From: Mycobacterium tuberculosis H37Rv
GTDB lineage: Bacteria; Actinomycetota; Actinomycetes; Mycobacteriales; Mycobacteriaceae
NCBI RefSeq assembly: GCF_000195955.2
Contig: NC_000962.3
Location: 2,460,001 to 2,492,000 of the forward strand
Direction: 5' to 3'
Length of the DNA: 32,000 bases
Below the pieces are notes generated by a model. It had not been told where the DNA came from. It saw nothing but the letters and a program-made list of their open reading frames with translations, and ran no database searches. Within the stretch, counting starts at the first letter, position 1, and the number at the start of each line of letters is the position of its first letter. The position numbers were made by a program, and so were the translations under genes. Shown in pieces: positions 1-10,621 of this stretch.

Positions 1-1327
1 GTTCGTGCGCCAGATCCATCACTGGGCCGCTTTGATGTTCGCGGCGGCAATCATGGTGCACCTGGCACGCATCTTTTTCACCGGAGCGTTCCGGCGGCCC
101 CGCGAGACCAACTGGGTGATCGGTTCGCTGTTGTTGATCCTGGCGATGTTCGAGGGCTATTTCGGCTACTCACTGCCTGACGACCTGCTGTCGGGACTCG
201 GTCTGCGCGCGGCACTCTCGTCGATCACGCTGGGTATGCCGGTAATCGGGACCTGGCTGCACTGGGCGCTGTTTGGCGGTGACTTCCCCGGCACCATCTT
301 GATCCCCAGGCTCTACGCCCTGCACATTTTACTGTTGCCGGGGATCATCTTGGCGCTGATCGGGCTGCATCTGGCGTTGGTGTGGTTCCAGAAGCACACC
401 CAGTTCCCCGGCCCGGGCCGCACCGAGCACAACGTCGTCGGCGTGCGGGTGATGCCGGTGTTCGCGTTCAAGTCCGGCGCATTTTTCGCGGCTATCGTCG
501 GTGTTCTGGGCCTGATGGGCGGCCTGCTGCAGATCAACCCGATCTGGAATCTGGGGCCCTACAAGCCATCACAGGTGTCGGCGGGCTCGCAGCCAGACTT
601 CTACATGATGTGGACCGAGGGTCTGGCCCGGATCTGGCCGCCGTGGGAGTTCTACTTCTGGCATCACACCATTCCCGCCCCGGTCTGGGTCGCCGTGATC
701 ATGGGCCTGGTTTTCGTCCTGCTACCCGCCTACCCATTCCTGGAGAAGCGGTTTACCGGCGACTACGCGCATCACAACCTGTTGCAGCGGCCACGGGACG
801 TTCCGGTGCGCACCGCGATCGGCGCCATGGCGATCGCCTTCTATATGGTGCTCACTCTCGCGGCGATGAACGACATCATCGCGTTGAAGTTCCATATTTC
901 GCTGAATGCAACCACGTGGATTGGCCGCATCGGCATGGTGATTCTGCCGCCGTTCGTCTACTTCATCACATATCGGTGGTGTATCGGATTGCAGCGCAGC
1001 GATCGGTCGGTGCTCGAGCACGGCGTCGAGACCGGCATCATCAAGCGGCTGCCCCATGGCGCCTACATCGAGCTGCATCAGCCCCTCGGCCCGGTCGACG
1101 AGCATGGCCACCCGATACCGCTTCAGTATCAGGGAGCGCCGCTGCCCAAGCGAATGAACAAGCTGGGCTCGGCCGGATCGCCGGGTAGTGGCAGTTTTCT
1201 GTTCGCCGACTCCGCGGCAGAGGATGCGGCGCTGCGCGAGGCAGGGCACGCCGCCGAACAACGTGCCCTTGCCGCACTGCGCGAACACCAGGACAGCATC
1301 ATGGGTTCGCCAGACGGCGAGCACTAG
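1..1327 (+). CDS. qcrB: Ubiquinol/menaquinol-cytochrome c reductase cytochrome b subunit, C-terminal part (5' end outside window; Rv2196-like)
   Basis: Open in frame from the window start to TAG at 1325-1327. Protein has multiple TM helices, PTNPIW-like/LGPYKPS region and HHTIPAP-type bc1 cytochrome b sequence with an actinobacterial C-terminal extension. Confidence 0.95.
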   Translation, partial: FVRQIHHWAALMFAAAIMVHLARIFFTGAFRRPRETNWVIGSLLLILAMFEGYFGYSLPDDLLSGLGLRAALSSITLGMPVIGTWLHWALFGGDFPGTILIPRLYALHILLLPGIILALIGLHLALVWFQKHTQFPGPGRTEHNVVGVRVMPVFAFKSGAFFAAIVGVLGLMGGLLQINPIWNLGPYKPSQVSAGSQPDFYMMWTEGLARIWPPWEFYFWHHTIPAPVWVAVIMGLVFVLLPAYPFLEKRFTGDYAHHNLLQRPRDVPVRTAIGAMAIAFYMVLTLAAMNDIIALKFHISLNATTWIGRIGMVILPPFVYFITYRWCIGLQRSDRSVLEHGVETGIIKRLPHGAYIELHQPLGPVDEHGHPIPLQYQGAPLPKRMNKLGSAGSPGSGSFLFADSAAEDAALREAGHAAEQRALAALREHQDSIMGSPDGEH

Positions 1328-1496
1328 CCCGGCGACGACCCGGGTCGGCACGACCCGGGAAGGAACCGGGCAAATCAAGCACAGCCCGGCGACGACCCGG
1401 GTCGGCACGACCCGGGAAGGAACCGGGCAAATCAAGCACAGCCCGGCGACGACCCGGGTCGGCACGACCCGGGAAGGAACCGGGCAAATCAAGCAC
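1326..1496. repeat. Tandem repeat, 3 perfect copies of a 57-bp unit (agcccggcgacgacccgggtcggcacgacccgggaaggaaccgggcaaatcaagcac), plus an 8-bp partial copy to ~1504; matches the ETR-B / VNTR 2461 locus position
   Basis: Read directly: copies at 1326-1382, 1383-1439 and 1440-1496. Each contains CCCGGGTCG-GCA-CGACCCGGG. Confidence 0.96.
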
Positions 1497-1503
1497 AGCC
1501 CGG

Positions 1504-2148
1504 CTAACTGGACTGGGGCGCCACCACCCGGCGCAGCTGCCGAGCGTATAGCCACTCGATCACCGGCATGCCCGCGGTGACCACCCCGGCCAACCCGTAG
1601 CTGATCCAAGATGGCCCGTCGTGACCGACCGCCATGAGGTAGGTCGCCGCCGCCACGGCAATCAACGCAATGCCAATCGCACTGGTCAACACGACTGTCC
1701 CGCGCAACCAGATCCGGTCCACCGCCTCACTGGACCACTCGGCGGCCACCTCGAATGCATCCGCGTGCTGTACGGGTGCCGACTCGGCCACAGCGCGTTT
1801 CGCCGGATGCCCGGATCCGATCGATCGCCCGCCCCGCACGGATGCACCCGTCGGCCTCGTCGCGGGCTCGGCCTCAGCCATGCGGCGAGCTCGCAACAGC
1901 ACCGGTATCGCGCCCACGATGACCAGTGCGGAGACCACAATTACGGCGTACAGCACCCACGTGGTGTGCGGGTTTCCGGCCATCTCGTGGAAGCCCCTAC
2001 CCAGGTCCATCAGGGCGACAGCGGCGGCCACCGACACGCCGGTGAACACCAGCCACACCGCGGCACATGCCCCAACCAGGATGCGATCGATGACGTCCGG
2101 CGAGATTACATCCGGCCCACGCCGGTATGCGGAATATCTGCTCACCAT
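1504..2148 (-). CDS. Conserved membrane protein (Rv2197c-like, 214 aa)
   Basis: ORF with hydrophobic segments (VGACAAVWLVFTGVSVAAAVALM, WVLYAVIVVSALVIVGAIPVLL, GIALIAVAAATYLMAV). Start MVSRYSAY chosen at an ATGA overlap with the mmpS3 stop rather than the longer 266-aa version. Confidence 0.88.
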   Translation of the reverse strand: MVSRYSAYRRGPDVISPDVIDRILVGACAAVWLVFTGVSVAAAVALMDLGRGFHEMAGNPHTTWVLYAVIVVSALVIVGAIPVLLRARRMAEAEPATRPTGASVRGGRSIGSGHPAKRAVAESAPVQHADAFEVAAEWSSEAVDRIWLRGTVVLTSAIGIALIAVAAATYLMAVGHDGPSWISYGLAGVVTAGMPVIEWLYARQLRRVVAPQSS

Positions 2149-3047
2149 CAGCAGCTCGTTTGCGGTCCATCGTTGGAGTTCGATGAGAGCACCGTTCCGT
2201 CGCTCGTGGTGATCGAGCAGTTGAGTTTGCTGACCCGGAAAAGGCTGGAGGCCTCCACCGAGCCAACGTCGGATTGCGAGATCGGGGTGACCGTCATGGA
2301 CCACGGGATGTACACATTGTGCTGTGTCCGTCGGCGCCCGGCGGCATCGACGTAAGTCACCGAGATAATGTCACCCGGCGCCTTGGTACCGGTCACCGAA
2401 TAGGTGACTTGCCGCGGACCGGTCGGCGTGGTGGTCGTGGGCGGCGGTGCCGCCGCCGTTGTGGTGGTCGCCGGCGGCGGCGCCGTGGTTGTCGCCGGTG
2501 GGGGCGGTGGTGGCGGCGTCACAGTGACCGTCTGTGTCTCCGTCGCTGTCGGGATCTCGGTGGTGGGCGGTGGGGCTGGTGGCGGCGGTGGCGGCGCCGG
2601 CTTGGTGGTCGTGATTTCGTCCTGCACGGGCGGTGCAGAGGACGTAGTGTCGCCGGTGGCGAGTTTGCTGGTATGTGGTCGCGTGACGAGCAACGACACC
2701 GAAACCACGAGCGCAACGGCGGCAATTATGGCGGCGACACCGACCACCCACGGCCAGCGCGGAGCGGCCAGTTCGTCGTCCAGGTCGGACGACTCCTCAT
2801 AGTCGTCGTAGTCATAGAGCCTGAGATCGGCTGGCACATACGGGCCGCCGGTGACGTGCTCGGATTCCGGGGCAGAGTATGCCCGAGAATATGCGTCGGT
2901 CTCGCCCGTCTGGTCACTGGGCAGTTTGTCGCCGCCCCCGGCGACGGGCGGCAAGTGGTTGCCGGAAGCCCGTTCGTCGCCCGTGTCGCTGACGGGTTCC
3001 GATTCGGGTTCGTCAGGTTCCCGTCCCGGGGGATTCGGCCCGCTCAT
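2148..3047 (-). CDS. mmpS3: MmpS family membrane protein MmpS3 (299 aa)
   Basis: Acidic N-terminus, single TM ([22 protein letters not shown]), Pro/Thr-rich linker, C-terminal MmpS-like domain ([28 protein letters not shown]). Antisense ORFs are low-complexity shadows. Confidence 0.93.
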
Positions 3048-3232
3048 GTTTGCCTACCCTGTCCAACTGCCTCACCAACACGCGTGGCTTTCCGCCTGCA
3101 TCCTTGCCCGCGCGCTCGGCGCATTCTTCATTGGTGCCACGGAAACCCTACCCAACCGGGCAGGACCGAGAAGTCTGGGCAACCGTGCTACTGGTCAACT
3201 GATGCCCTGATTGTGACCTTCCCGGCGCCGGA

Positions 3233-3652
3233 TCAGTGCTTCTCAGGACCGACGTAATATTCGAAGACCAATCCGGCCGCCGAGGCGAGGATGAATGCCA
3301 CACCGGCGGCGATCAGCCACGGGAGCCACAACGCGATGCCGACCGCTGCCACCGAGCCGGACAACGCGACCATGATCGGCCACCAGCTATGCGGACTGAA
3401 GAATCCAAGTTCTCCTGCGCCGTCGCTGATTTCAGCGCCTTCGTAGTCCTCGGGCCGGGAATCTAACCGGCGGGCCACAAACCGGAAGAAGGTGGCGACG
3501 ATCAACGCCATGCCGCCGGTAAGCGCCAGCGCAGTGGTGCCAGCCCACTCGACACCACCGGTGGCGAACATCGAGGTCAACACGCCGTACAGCACCGCCG
3601 TCACCACGAAGAACGCGGCGACAAACTCAAACAGTCGGGCTTCGATATGCAT
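3233..3652 (-). CDS. ctaF: Cytochrome c oxidase polypeptide 4 family membrane protein (Rv2199c-like, 139 aa)
   Basis: [23 protein letters not shown]... actinobacterial oxidase subunit IV-like sequence with four hydrophobic segments, directly downstream of ctaC. Confidence 0.88.
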
Positions 3653-3659
3653 GAGCGTC

Positions 3660-4751
3660 CTAACCTACGGGCTGCGGGGCCAATTCACCGCGGCGAGTAT
3701 CAAACGGGTGGGTGGTCACCGCAAGGGGCGGCTGGTTGATCGCCCGCAGGGCCTCGGCGTTTGTCTTCCCGTCGATGCGTTGCTGCAGGTAGGCCTTGAA
3801 ATCGTTGGGGGTCACGACGCGGACCTCGAAGTTCATCATCGAGTGATACGTGCCACACATCTCGGCGCAGTGGCCCACGAATGCTCCGGTCTTGGTGATT
3901 TCTTCGATCTGGAAGACGTTGACCGAGTTGTTTGCCACCGGGTTAGGCATCACGTCACGCTTGAACAAGAACTCCGGCACCCAGAATGCGTGTATCACAT
4001 CGGCTGAGGCCATTTGGAATTCGATACGCTTGCCGGACGGCAGCACCAGCACCGGAATTTCGGTGCTGGTGCCCAACGTCTCGACCTTGTCGAAATTCAG
4101 GTAGGTCCGGTCCTCGGTGTTGAGCCCGCGCACCGGCCCGACCAGCTCTTCGCCGTACTTGTCCTTGCCCTCTGGCTTGGAAACCATGGCGCGCTTGCGC
4201 TCCGGATCGGCACCATCATAGGTCAGTGTGCCGTCTTTGAAGTTCACCCTTTGATAGCCAAACTTCCAATTCCACTGGAAAGACGTGATATCAATCACGA
4301 CCTCGGGATCCTTGGCTATCTGCAGCATCTTCTCCTGCACCACGACGGTGAAATAAAACAGCACCGAGATGATGAGGAACGGTATGACGGTGAGAACCAG
4401 CTCTAGCGGCATGTTGTAGCCGAACTGGCGGGGCAACTCAGTGTCGGTGTTCTTCTTCCGGTGAAATACCGCGGACCAGAAGATGAGACCCCACACGATT
4501 ACCCCAACCGCCAGGGAGGCGATCACCGCCCCGATCCACAGTTCTCGATTGAGGTGTGCCTCCGGGGTAATGCCCTCCGGCCAACCGATGCCCAGGGCTT
4601 CCGACCAGCTGCATCCACTGACGGTGACGGCCAATGCCCCCAGCATTGCTGCGAGCGCCAGCTGTCGAAGACCACGGGCAGGCCCTCCGGAGCCGCGCTG
4701 AGGCCTGCACTGCGACAAGCGTTGCAAACGACCTGGCCCGCGAGGTGTCAC
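3660..4751 (-). CDS. ctaC: Cytochrome c oxidase subunit II (363 aa)
   Basis: CuA motif [14 protein letters not shown], two TM helices, N-terminal signal/lipobox-like TVSGCSW. GTG start ([10 protein letters not shown]) preceded by AGGAGG; the 378-aa track version is longer upstream. Confidence 0.93.
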
Positions 4752-4996
4752 TGTTGGCGCCTCCTGTATCACAAGCTGGGCCGACTGGGATAGCACCGGC
4801 TGCGGCGAGAACCATCGGCTAACTCAGACATCGAATACTACGCAGCGTAGACCACGCCGCCCGCGCGGGCGACGATGCGGGCCGAAACGGCCCGCTGAGG
4901 AGCCGCGCCATCAGCCCCGCGGGCGACTGCCTGGTCGTCGCGACCCGCCGGACGAGGCATCCACAAGAGTCGCCAAGTGGGGCATACTGGGGCGCC

Positions 4997-6955
4997 GTGT
5001 GTGGACTGCTGGCCTTCGTCGCGGCCCCGGCCGGTGCTGCGGGGCCCGAAGGTGCCGACGCTGCCAGCGCCATCGCCCGCGCATCGCATTTGATGCGCCA
5101 CCGCGGGCCCGATGAATCGGGCACCTGGCACGCCGTCGATGGCGCCTCCGGAGGCGTCGTGTTCGGGTTCAACCGACTGTCCATCATCGACATCGCGCAC
5201 TCGCATCAGCCGCTGCGGTGGGGGCCGCCGGAGGCTCCGGACCGCTACGTGCTGGTGTTCAACGGCGAGATCTACAACTACTTGGAGCTGCGTGACGAGC
5301 TGCGCACCCAGCACGGCGCTGTGTTCGCCACCGACGGCGACGGTGAGGCGATCCTCGCCGGCTATCACCACTGGGGCACCGAGGTGCTGCAGCGGTTGCG
5401 CGGCATGTTCGCATTCGCGCTGTGGGACACCGTCACCCGCGAATTGTTCTGCGCGCGAGATCCGTTCGGCATCAAGCCGTTGTTTATCGCCACCGGAGCC
5501 GGCGGCACGGCGGTGGCCAGTGAGAAGAAATGCCTGCTGGACCTCGTCGAGTTGGTGGGGTTCGACACCGAGATCGACCATCGGGCGTTGCAGCACTACA
5601 CCGTCCTGCAGTACGTGCCGGAACCCGAGACACTGCACCGTGGGGTACGTCGGCTGGAATCAGGCTGCTTCGCCCGGATCCGTGCCGACCAGCTCGCGCC
5701 GGTGATCACCCGTTATTTCGTGCCGCGATTTGCGGCCAGTCCGATCACCAACGACAACGACCAGGCCCGCTATGACGAGATCACGGCAGTGCTTGAGGAC
5801 TCGGTGGCCAAGCATATGCGCGCCGATGTCACCGTCGGCGCGTTTCTGTCCGGGGGTATCGACTCCACGGCCATCGCGGCGCTGGCCATCCGGCACAATC
5901 CGCGGCTGATCACCTTCACCACCGGTTTCGAGCGCGAGGGCTTCTCCGAGATCGACGTCGCGGTGGCTTCGGCAGAGGCCATCGGTGCCCGTCACATCGC
6001 CAAGGTGGTCAGCGCCGACGAGTTCGTCGCCGCCCTGCCCGAGATCGTCTGGTACCTCGACGAGCCGGTCGCTGACCCAGCGCTGGTACCGTTGTTCTTC
6101 GTCGCCCGCGAGGCCCGAAAGCACGTCAAAGTGGTGTTGTCGGGCGAAGGCGCCGACGAACTGTTCGGCGGCTACACAATCTATCGAGAACCGCTGTCGT
6201 TGAGGCCGTTTGACTACCTGCCCAAGCCACTGCGCCGGTCGATGGGAAAAGTTTCCAAGCCACTGCCGGAGGGCATGCGCGGCAAGAGTCTGCTGCACCG
6301 CGGATCGCTGACACTCGAAGAGCGCTACTACGGCAATGCCCGCAGTTTCTCCGGCGCGCAGCTGCGCGAAGTACTGCCCGGGTTCCGGCCGGACTGGACC
6401 CACACAGATGTCACGGCGCCGGTCTACGCCGAATCGGCCGGCTGGGATCCGGTGGCGCGAATGCAGCACATCGACCTGTTCACCTGGCTGCGCGGCGACA
6501 TTCTGGTCAAGGCCGACAAGATAACGATGGCCAACTCCCTGGAGCTGCGGGTGCCGTTCCTGGACCCGGAGGTTTTCGCGGTGGCCTCCCGGTTGCCGGC
6601 GGGCGCCAAGATCACCCGTACCACCACCAAGTACGCGCTGCGGCGCGCGCTGGAGCCTATTGTGCCCGCACACGTGCTGCACCGGCCCAAGCTCGGGTTC
6701 CCGGTCCCGATCCGGCATTGGCTGCGTGCCGGCGAGCTGCTGGAGTGGGCGTATGCGACGGTGGGCTCGTCGCAGGCCGGTCACTTGGTTGACATCGCCG
6801 CCGTGTATCGCATGCTCGACGAGCACCGGTGCGGCAGCAGCGACCACAGCCGCCGGCTGTGGACCATGCTGATCTTTATGCTGTGGCACGCGATCTTCGT
6901 CGAGCACAGCGTGGTGCCCCAGATCAGCGAGCCGCAGTACCCCGTCCAGTTGTAA
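4997..6955 (+). CDS. asnB: Glutamine-dependent asparagine synthetase-family amidotransferase (Rv2201, AsnB; LtsA-like), 652 aa
   Basis: GTG start giving M-C-G-L-L with catalytic Cys2 of class II glutamine amidotransferase; RHRGPDESG; synthetase domain AFLSGGIDSTAIAA (PP-loop SGGxDS). Confidence 0.94.
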   Translation: MCGLLAFVAAPAGAAGPEGADAASAIARASHLMRHRGPDESGTWHAVDGASGGVVFGFNRLSIIDIAHSHQPLRWGPPEAPDRYVLVFNGEIYNYLELRDELRTQHGAVFATDGDGEAILAGYHHWGTEVLQRLRGMFAFALWDTVTRELFCARDPFGIKPLFIATGAGGTAVASEKKCLLDLVELVGFDTEIDHRALQHYTVLQYVPEPETLHRGVRRLESGCFARIRADQLAPVITRYFVPRFAASPITNDNDQARYDEITAVLEDSVAKHMRADVTVGAFLSGGIDSTAIAALAIRHNPRLITFTTGFEREGFSEIDVAVASAEAIGARHIAKVVSADEFVAALPEIVWYLDEPVADPALVPLFFVAREARKHVKVVLSGEGADELFGGYTIYREPLSLRPFDYLPKPLRRSMGKVSKPLPEGMRGKSLLHRGSLTLEERYYGNARSFSGAQLREVLPGFRPDWTHTDVTAPVYAESAGWDPVARMQHIDLFTWLRGDILVKADKITMANSLELRVPFLDPEVFAVASRLPAGAKITRTTTKYALRRALEPIVPAHVLHRPKLGFPVPIRHWLRAGELLEWAYATVGSSQAGHLVDIAAVYRMLDEHRCGSSDHSRRLWTMLIFMLWHAIFVEHSVVPQISEPQYPVQL

Positions 6956-6966
6956 CCGCCCCTTCG

Positions 6967-7024
6967 CGAGCAGACGCGGAATCGCATCGGCGGGGCCCAC
7001 ACGGTGCGATTCCGCGTCTGCTCG
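6967..7024. terminator. Strong bidirectional hairpin between convergent asnB and adoK
   Basis: Perfect 20-nt inverted repeat CGAGCAGACGCGGAATCGCA (6967-6986) / TGCGATTCCGCGTCTGCTCG (7005-7024). The stem can extend inward by T.G, C-G and G-C. No T-tract. Terminator function is inferred. Confidence 0.7.
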
Positions 7025-7052
7025 GCGGTGCCGCGGCTAGGCCAAGCCGCGG

Positions 7053-8057
<1,005 letters not shown>

Positions 8058-8230
8058 CTAGTCTTTCAACATTATCGGCGCCGCGGCCCGCCCCGTCGCG
8101 TTGAGAGCTGACGGCAGCTGTTGCGCTAGCCTGCCTAGGGAGCTCACCTGATTGCCGATGCTGCCGGCTGACGCGACGGGCGGTTGTCGCCCTAGCAGCT
8201 GGTCCCGTCCACCACCCTAGGAGAACCACA

Positions 8231-8923
8231 ATGCCCGGTCCCCACTCGCCGAACCCCGGTGTCGGCACCAACGGACCGGCGCCGTACCCCGAGCCCTCAT
8301 CCCACGAACCCCAAGCCCTGGACTACCCCCACGACCTCGGCGCCGCCGAACCGGCCTTCGCCCCGGGACCGGCAGACGACGCGGCGCTGCCGCCCGCCGC
8401 ATATCCCGGCGTGCCGCCGCAGGTGTCCTACCCGAAGCGACGGCACAAGCGGCTGCTGATCGGCATTGTGGTAGCCCTCGCGCTGGTGTCGGCTATGACG
8501 GCGGCGATCATATACGGGGTCCGCACCAACGGAGCCAACACGGCAGGCACATTCTCGGAGGGACCGGCCAAAACCGCGATTCAGGGATACCTCAACGCGC
8601 TGGAGAACCGCGATGTGGACACCATCGTTCGCAATGCGCTGTGCGGTATCCACGACGGCGTGCGCGACAAGCGCTCCGATCAGGCCTTGGCCAAGCTGAG
8701 CAGCGACGCGTTCCGCAAGCAGTTCTCCCAGGTCGAAGTGACCTCGATCGACAAAATCGTGTACTGGTCGCAATATCAGGCCCAGGTGCTGTTCACCATG
8801 CAGGTGACACCTGCCGCCGGCGGCCCGCCACGCGGTCAGGTGCAAGGCATCGCTCAGTTGCTTTTCCAGCGCGGTCAGGTCTTGGTGTGCTCGTACGTGT
8901 TGCGCACCGCGGGGTCGTACTAG
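8231..8923 (+). CDS. Conserved membrane protein, Pro-rich N-terminus, single TM (Rv2203-like, 230 aa)
   Basis: ATG preceded by AGGAG. TM segment LLIGIVVALALVSAMTAAIIYGV followed by an extracytoplasmic domain with paired Cys (ALCGIHDGV ... VLVCSYVL). Confidence 0.9.
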   Translation: MPGPHSPNPGVGTNGPAPYPEPSSHEPQALDYPHDLGAAEPAFAPGPADDAALPPAAYPGVPPQVSYPKRRHKRLLIGIVVALALVSAMTAAIIYGVRTNGANTAGTFSEGPAKTAIQGYLNALENRDVDTIVRNALCGIHDGVRDKRSDQALAKLSSDAFRKQFSQVEVTSIDKIVYWSQYQAQVLFTMQVTPAAGGPPRGQVQGIAQLLFQRGQVLVCSYVLRTAGSY

Positions 8924-8930
8924 CGTTTTA

Positions 8931-9287
8931 TCAGTTGAACGAATCCCCGCACGCGCAGGAGCCGGTGGCGTTGGGATTGTCGATGGTGAAGCCTTGCTTC
9001 TCAATAGTGTCGACGAAATCGATCGACGCGCCTTCCACATACGGCGCGCTCATCCGGTCCACGATCAACCTGACACCACCGAACTCCGCGGTTTGGTCAC
9101 CATCCAGCGTCCGGTCGTCGAAGAAAAGGTTATAGCGCAATCCAGCGCACCCCCCCGGCTGAACCGCGATCCGCAGCGCCAGATCGTCCCGTCCCTCCTG
9201 GTCCAACAGCGACTTCGCCTTGGCGGCGGCCGCTTCGGTCAGGATCACGCCGTGGGTCTTGGCGCTCGGCTCGTTCTGCACCGTCAT
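8931..9287 (-). CDS. A-type iron-sulfur cluster carrier/insertion protein (HesB/IscA/ErpA-like, Rv2204c, 118 aa)
   Basis: HesB-like fold sequence GGCAGLRYNLFFDD with C-terminal CACGDSF motif. Start chosen at MTVQNEPSAKTHG. Confidence 0.93.
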   Translation of the reverse strand: MTVQNEPSAKTHGVILTEAAAAKAKSLLDQEGRDDLALRIAVQPGGCAGLRYNLFFDDRTLDGDQTAEFGGVRLIVDRMSAPYVEGASIDFVDTIEKQGFTIDNPNATGSCACGDSFN

Positions 9288-9386
9288 GACTTCTCCTAGA
9301 TGTCTCATCGTTGGGTGGGCCCCGCCCACTAGCGTTTCAGCCTGCGGAATCCAGTCTGGGGTCTGCTTGGGGAAAATCCCACTTCC

Positions 9387-10463
9387 TCAACGGTACCCTG
9401 AAGGACCGCTATTCCCGAGTCGCGCCGCTACCTGAGACGCCAAGCCCATGAGCTGATTGGCCGCATCGGCCAGCGCCAACCGCACCGAACCGGCGTACTC
9501 AGCGATGGACAATGCGGCCATAATGCCCGCCGACCGCAACGCGGACTTGTCCAGCGACACCTGGCCGGCCAACACTATCACCGGAATTGCGAGCGGGCGG
9601 GCCGCAGCCGCGATCGCACCAACCACCTTCCCGTGCAGGGATTGCTCGTCGAATCGGCCCTCACCGGTGACGATCAGCTCCGCATCGGCAAGGTCGTCGG
9701 CAAAATGCGTGTGCTCTGCGATGATTGCCGCACCCGACTGGTACCGGCCGCCAACCGCGAGCAGCCCAGCCCCGATACCACCGGCGGCGCCCGCGCCCGG
9801 CTCGGCGCTCACCCCGCGCCCGGCGGCCGCGTCCAGTTCAATCGCCCATGCCGCCAGACGGCCTTCCAACACTGCGACGGTGGCCATGTCCGCGCCCTTC
9901 TGCGGCGCGAACACCCTGGCCGTGCCCCATGGTCCCAGCAATGGGTATTCGACATCCGAGGCGGCGATCACCTCGACGTCGGCCAACTGTCGGCGGGCCG
10001 CGTCCAGGCCGCCAAGCTCGGCAATCATCCCCTTCCCCCCGTCGGTACATGCGCTGCCCCCCAACCCCACCACGATCCGAGCCGCCCCGGCCCGCAGTGC
10101 CGCGGCGATGAGCTGGCCGACGCCCTTGCTGTGGGCCGCCAGCGCGGTCTCGGGCGTGGGCGGGCCGCCAAGCAACCCCAGACCACAAGCCTGCGCACAC
10201 TCCAAATACGCGGTTGCCGAGCCCGGATCGAACACCCACGCCGCGTTCACGACGGTGTTCAGTGGCCCGCAAACACGCAGCCGGCGGGTCTCTCCTAGCC
10301 GGCTGCCCAGCACCTCAACAAAACCCGGACCGCCATCGGATTGGGGGGCGACGATGAACGAATCGCCTGGTCGCGACCGCGTCCAGCCGGTCGCAATGGC
10401 CGCGGCGGCCTCCACCGCAGACAGGCTGTCGCCGTAGCAGTCCGGTGCCACCAACACCCGCAT
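9387..10463 (-). CDS. Glycerate kinase family protein (Rv2205c-like, 358 aa)
   Basis: [34 protein letters not shown] and [33 protein letters not shown] are glycerate kinase (GlxK family) motifs. The 489-aa track ORF is an over-extension. Confidence 0.92.
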
Positions 10464-10621
10464 GGCGGGCAGCTGGAGTCGGCCGGGCCCCAAGCTACCG
10501 GTCGCGTCATCCGAGGCCTGCGAGCCTTTCATCACTGGCCAGAGTAGGTCTGCGCACCCACACGCGTACCTAAACGCACGCAAATTCCAAACGGGCCCCG
10601 CCGCGAAGTAGCCTGGCGACT

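Noticed and set aside
1326-1496. Possible CRISPR array
   Set aside because: Units are directly abutting and identical with no unique spacers, so this is a tandem repeat (VNTR), not CRISPR.
2274-3257. 327-aa plus-strand ORF antisense to mmpS3 with [10 protein letters not shown] tracts
   Set aside because: A by-product of the Pro/Thr-encoding repeats of mmpS3 read on the opposite strand; no plausible protein features.
5660-7000. 446-aa minus-strand ORF antisense to asnB (and 4838-5638 minus, 266 aa)
   Set aside because: Lies opposite a gene with clear catalytic motifs. Composition is His/Arg/Gly/Gln rich without domain-like sequence; typical high-GC shadow ORF.
8924-8930. Terminator between convergent Rv2203 and Rv2204c
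   Set aside because: Only 7 bp (cgtttta) separate the stop codons and I could not find a convincing hairpin.
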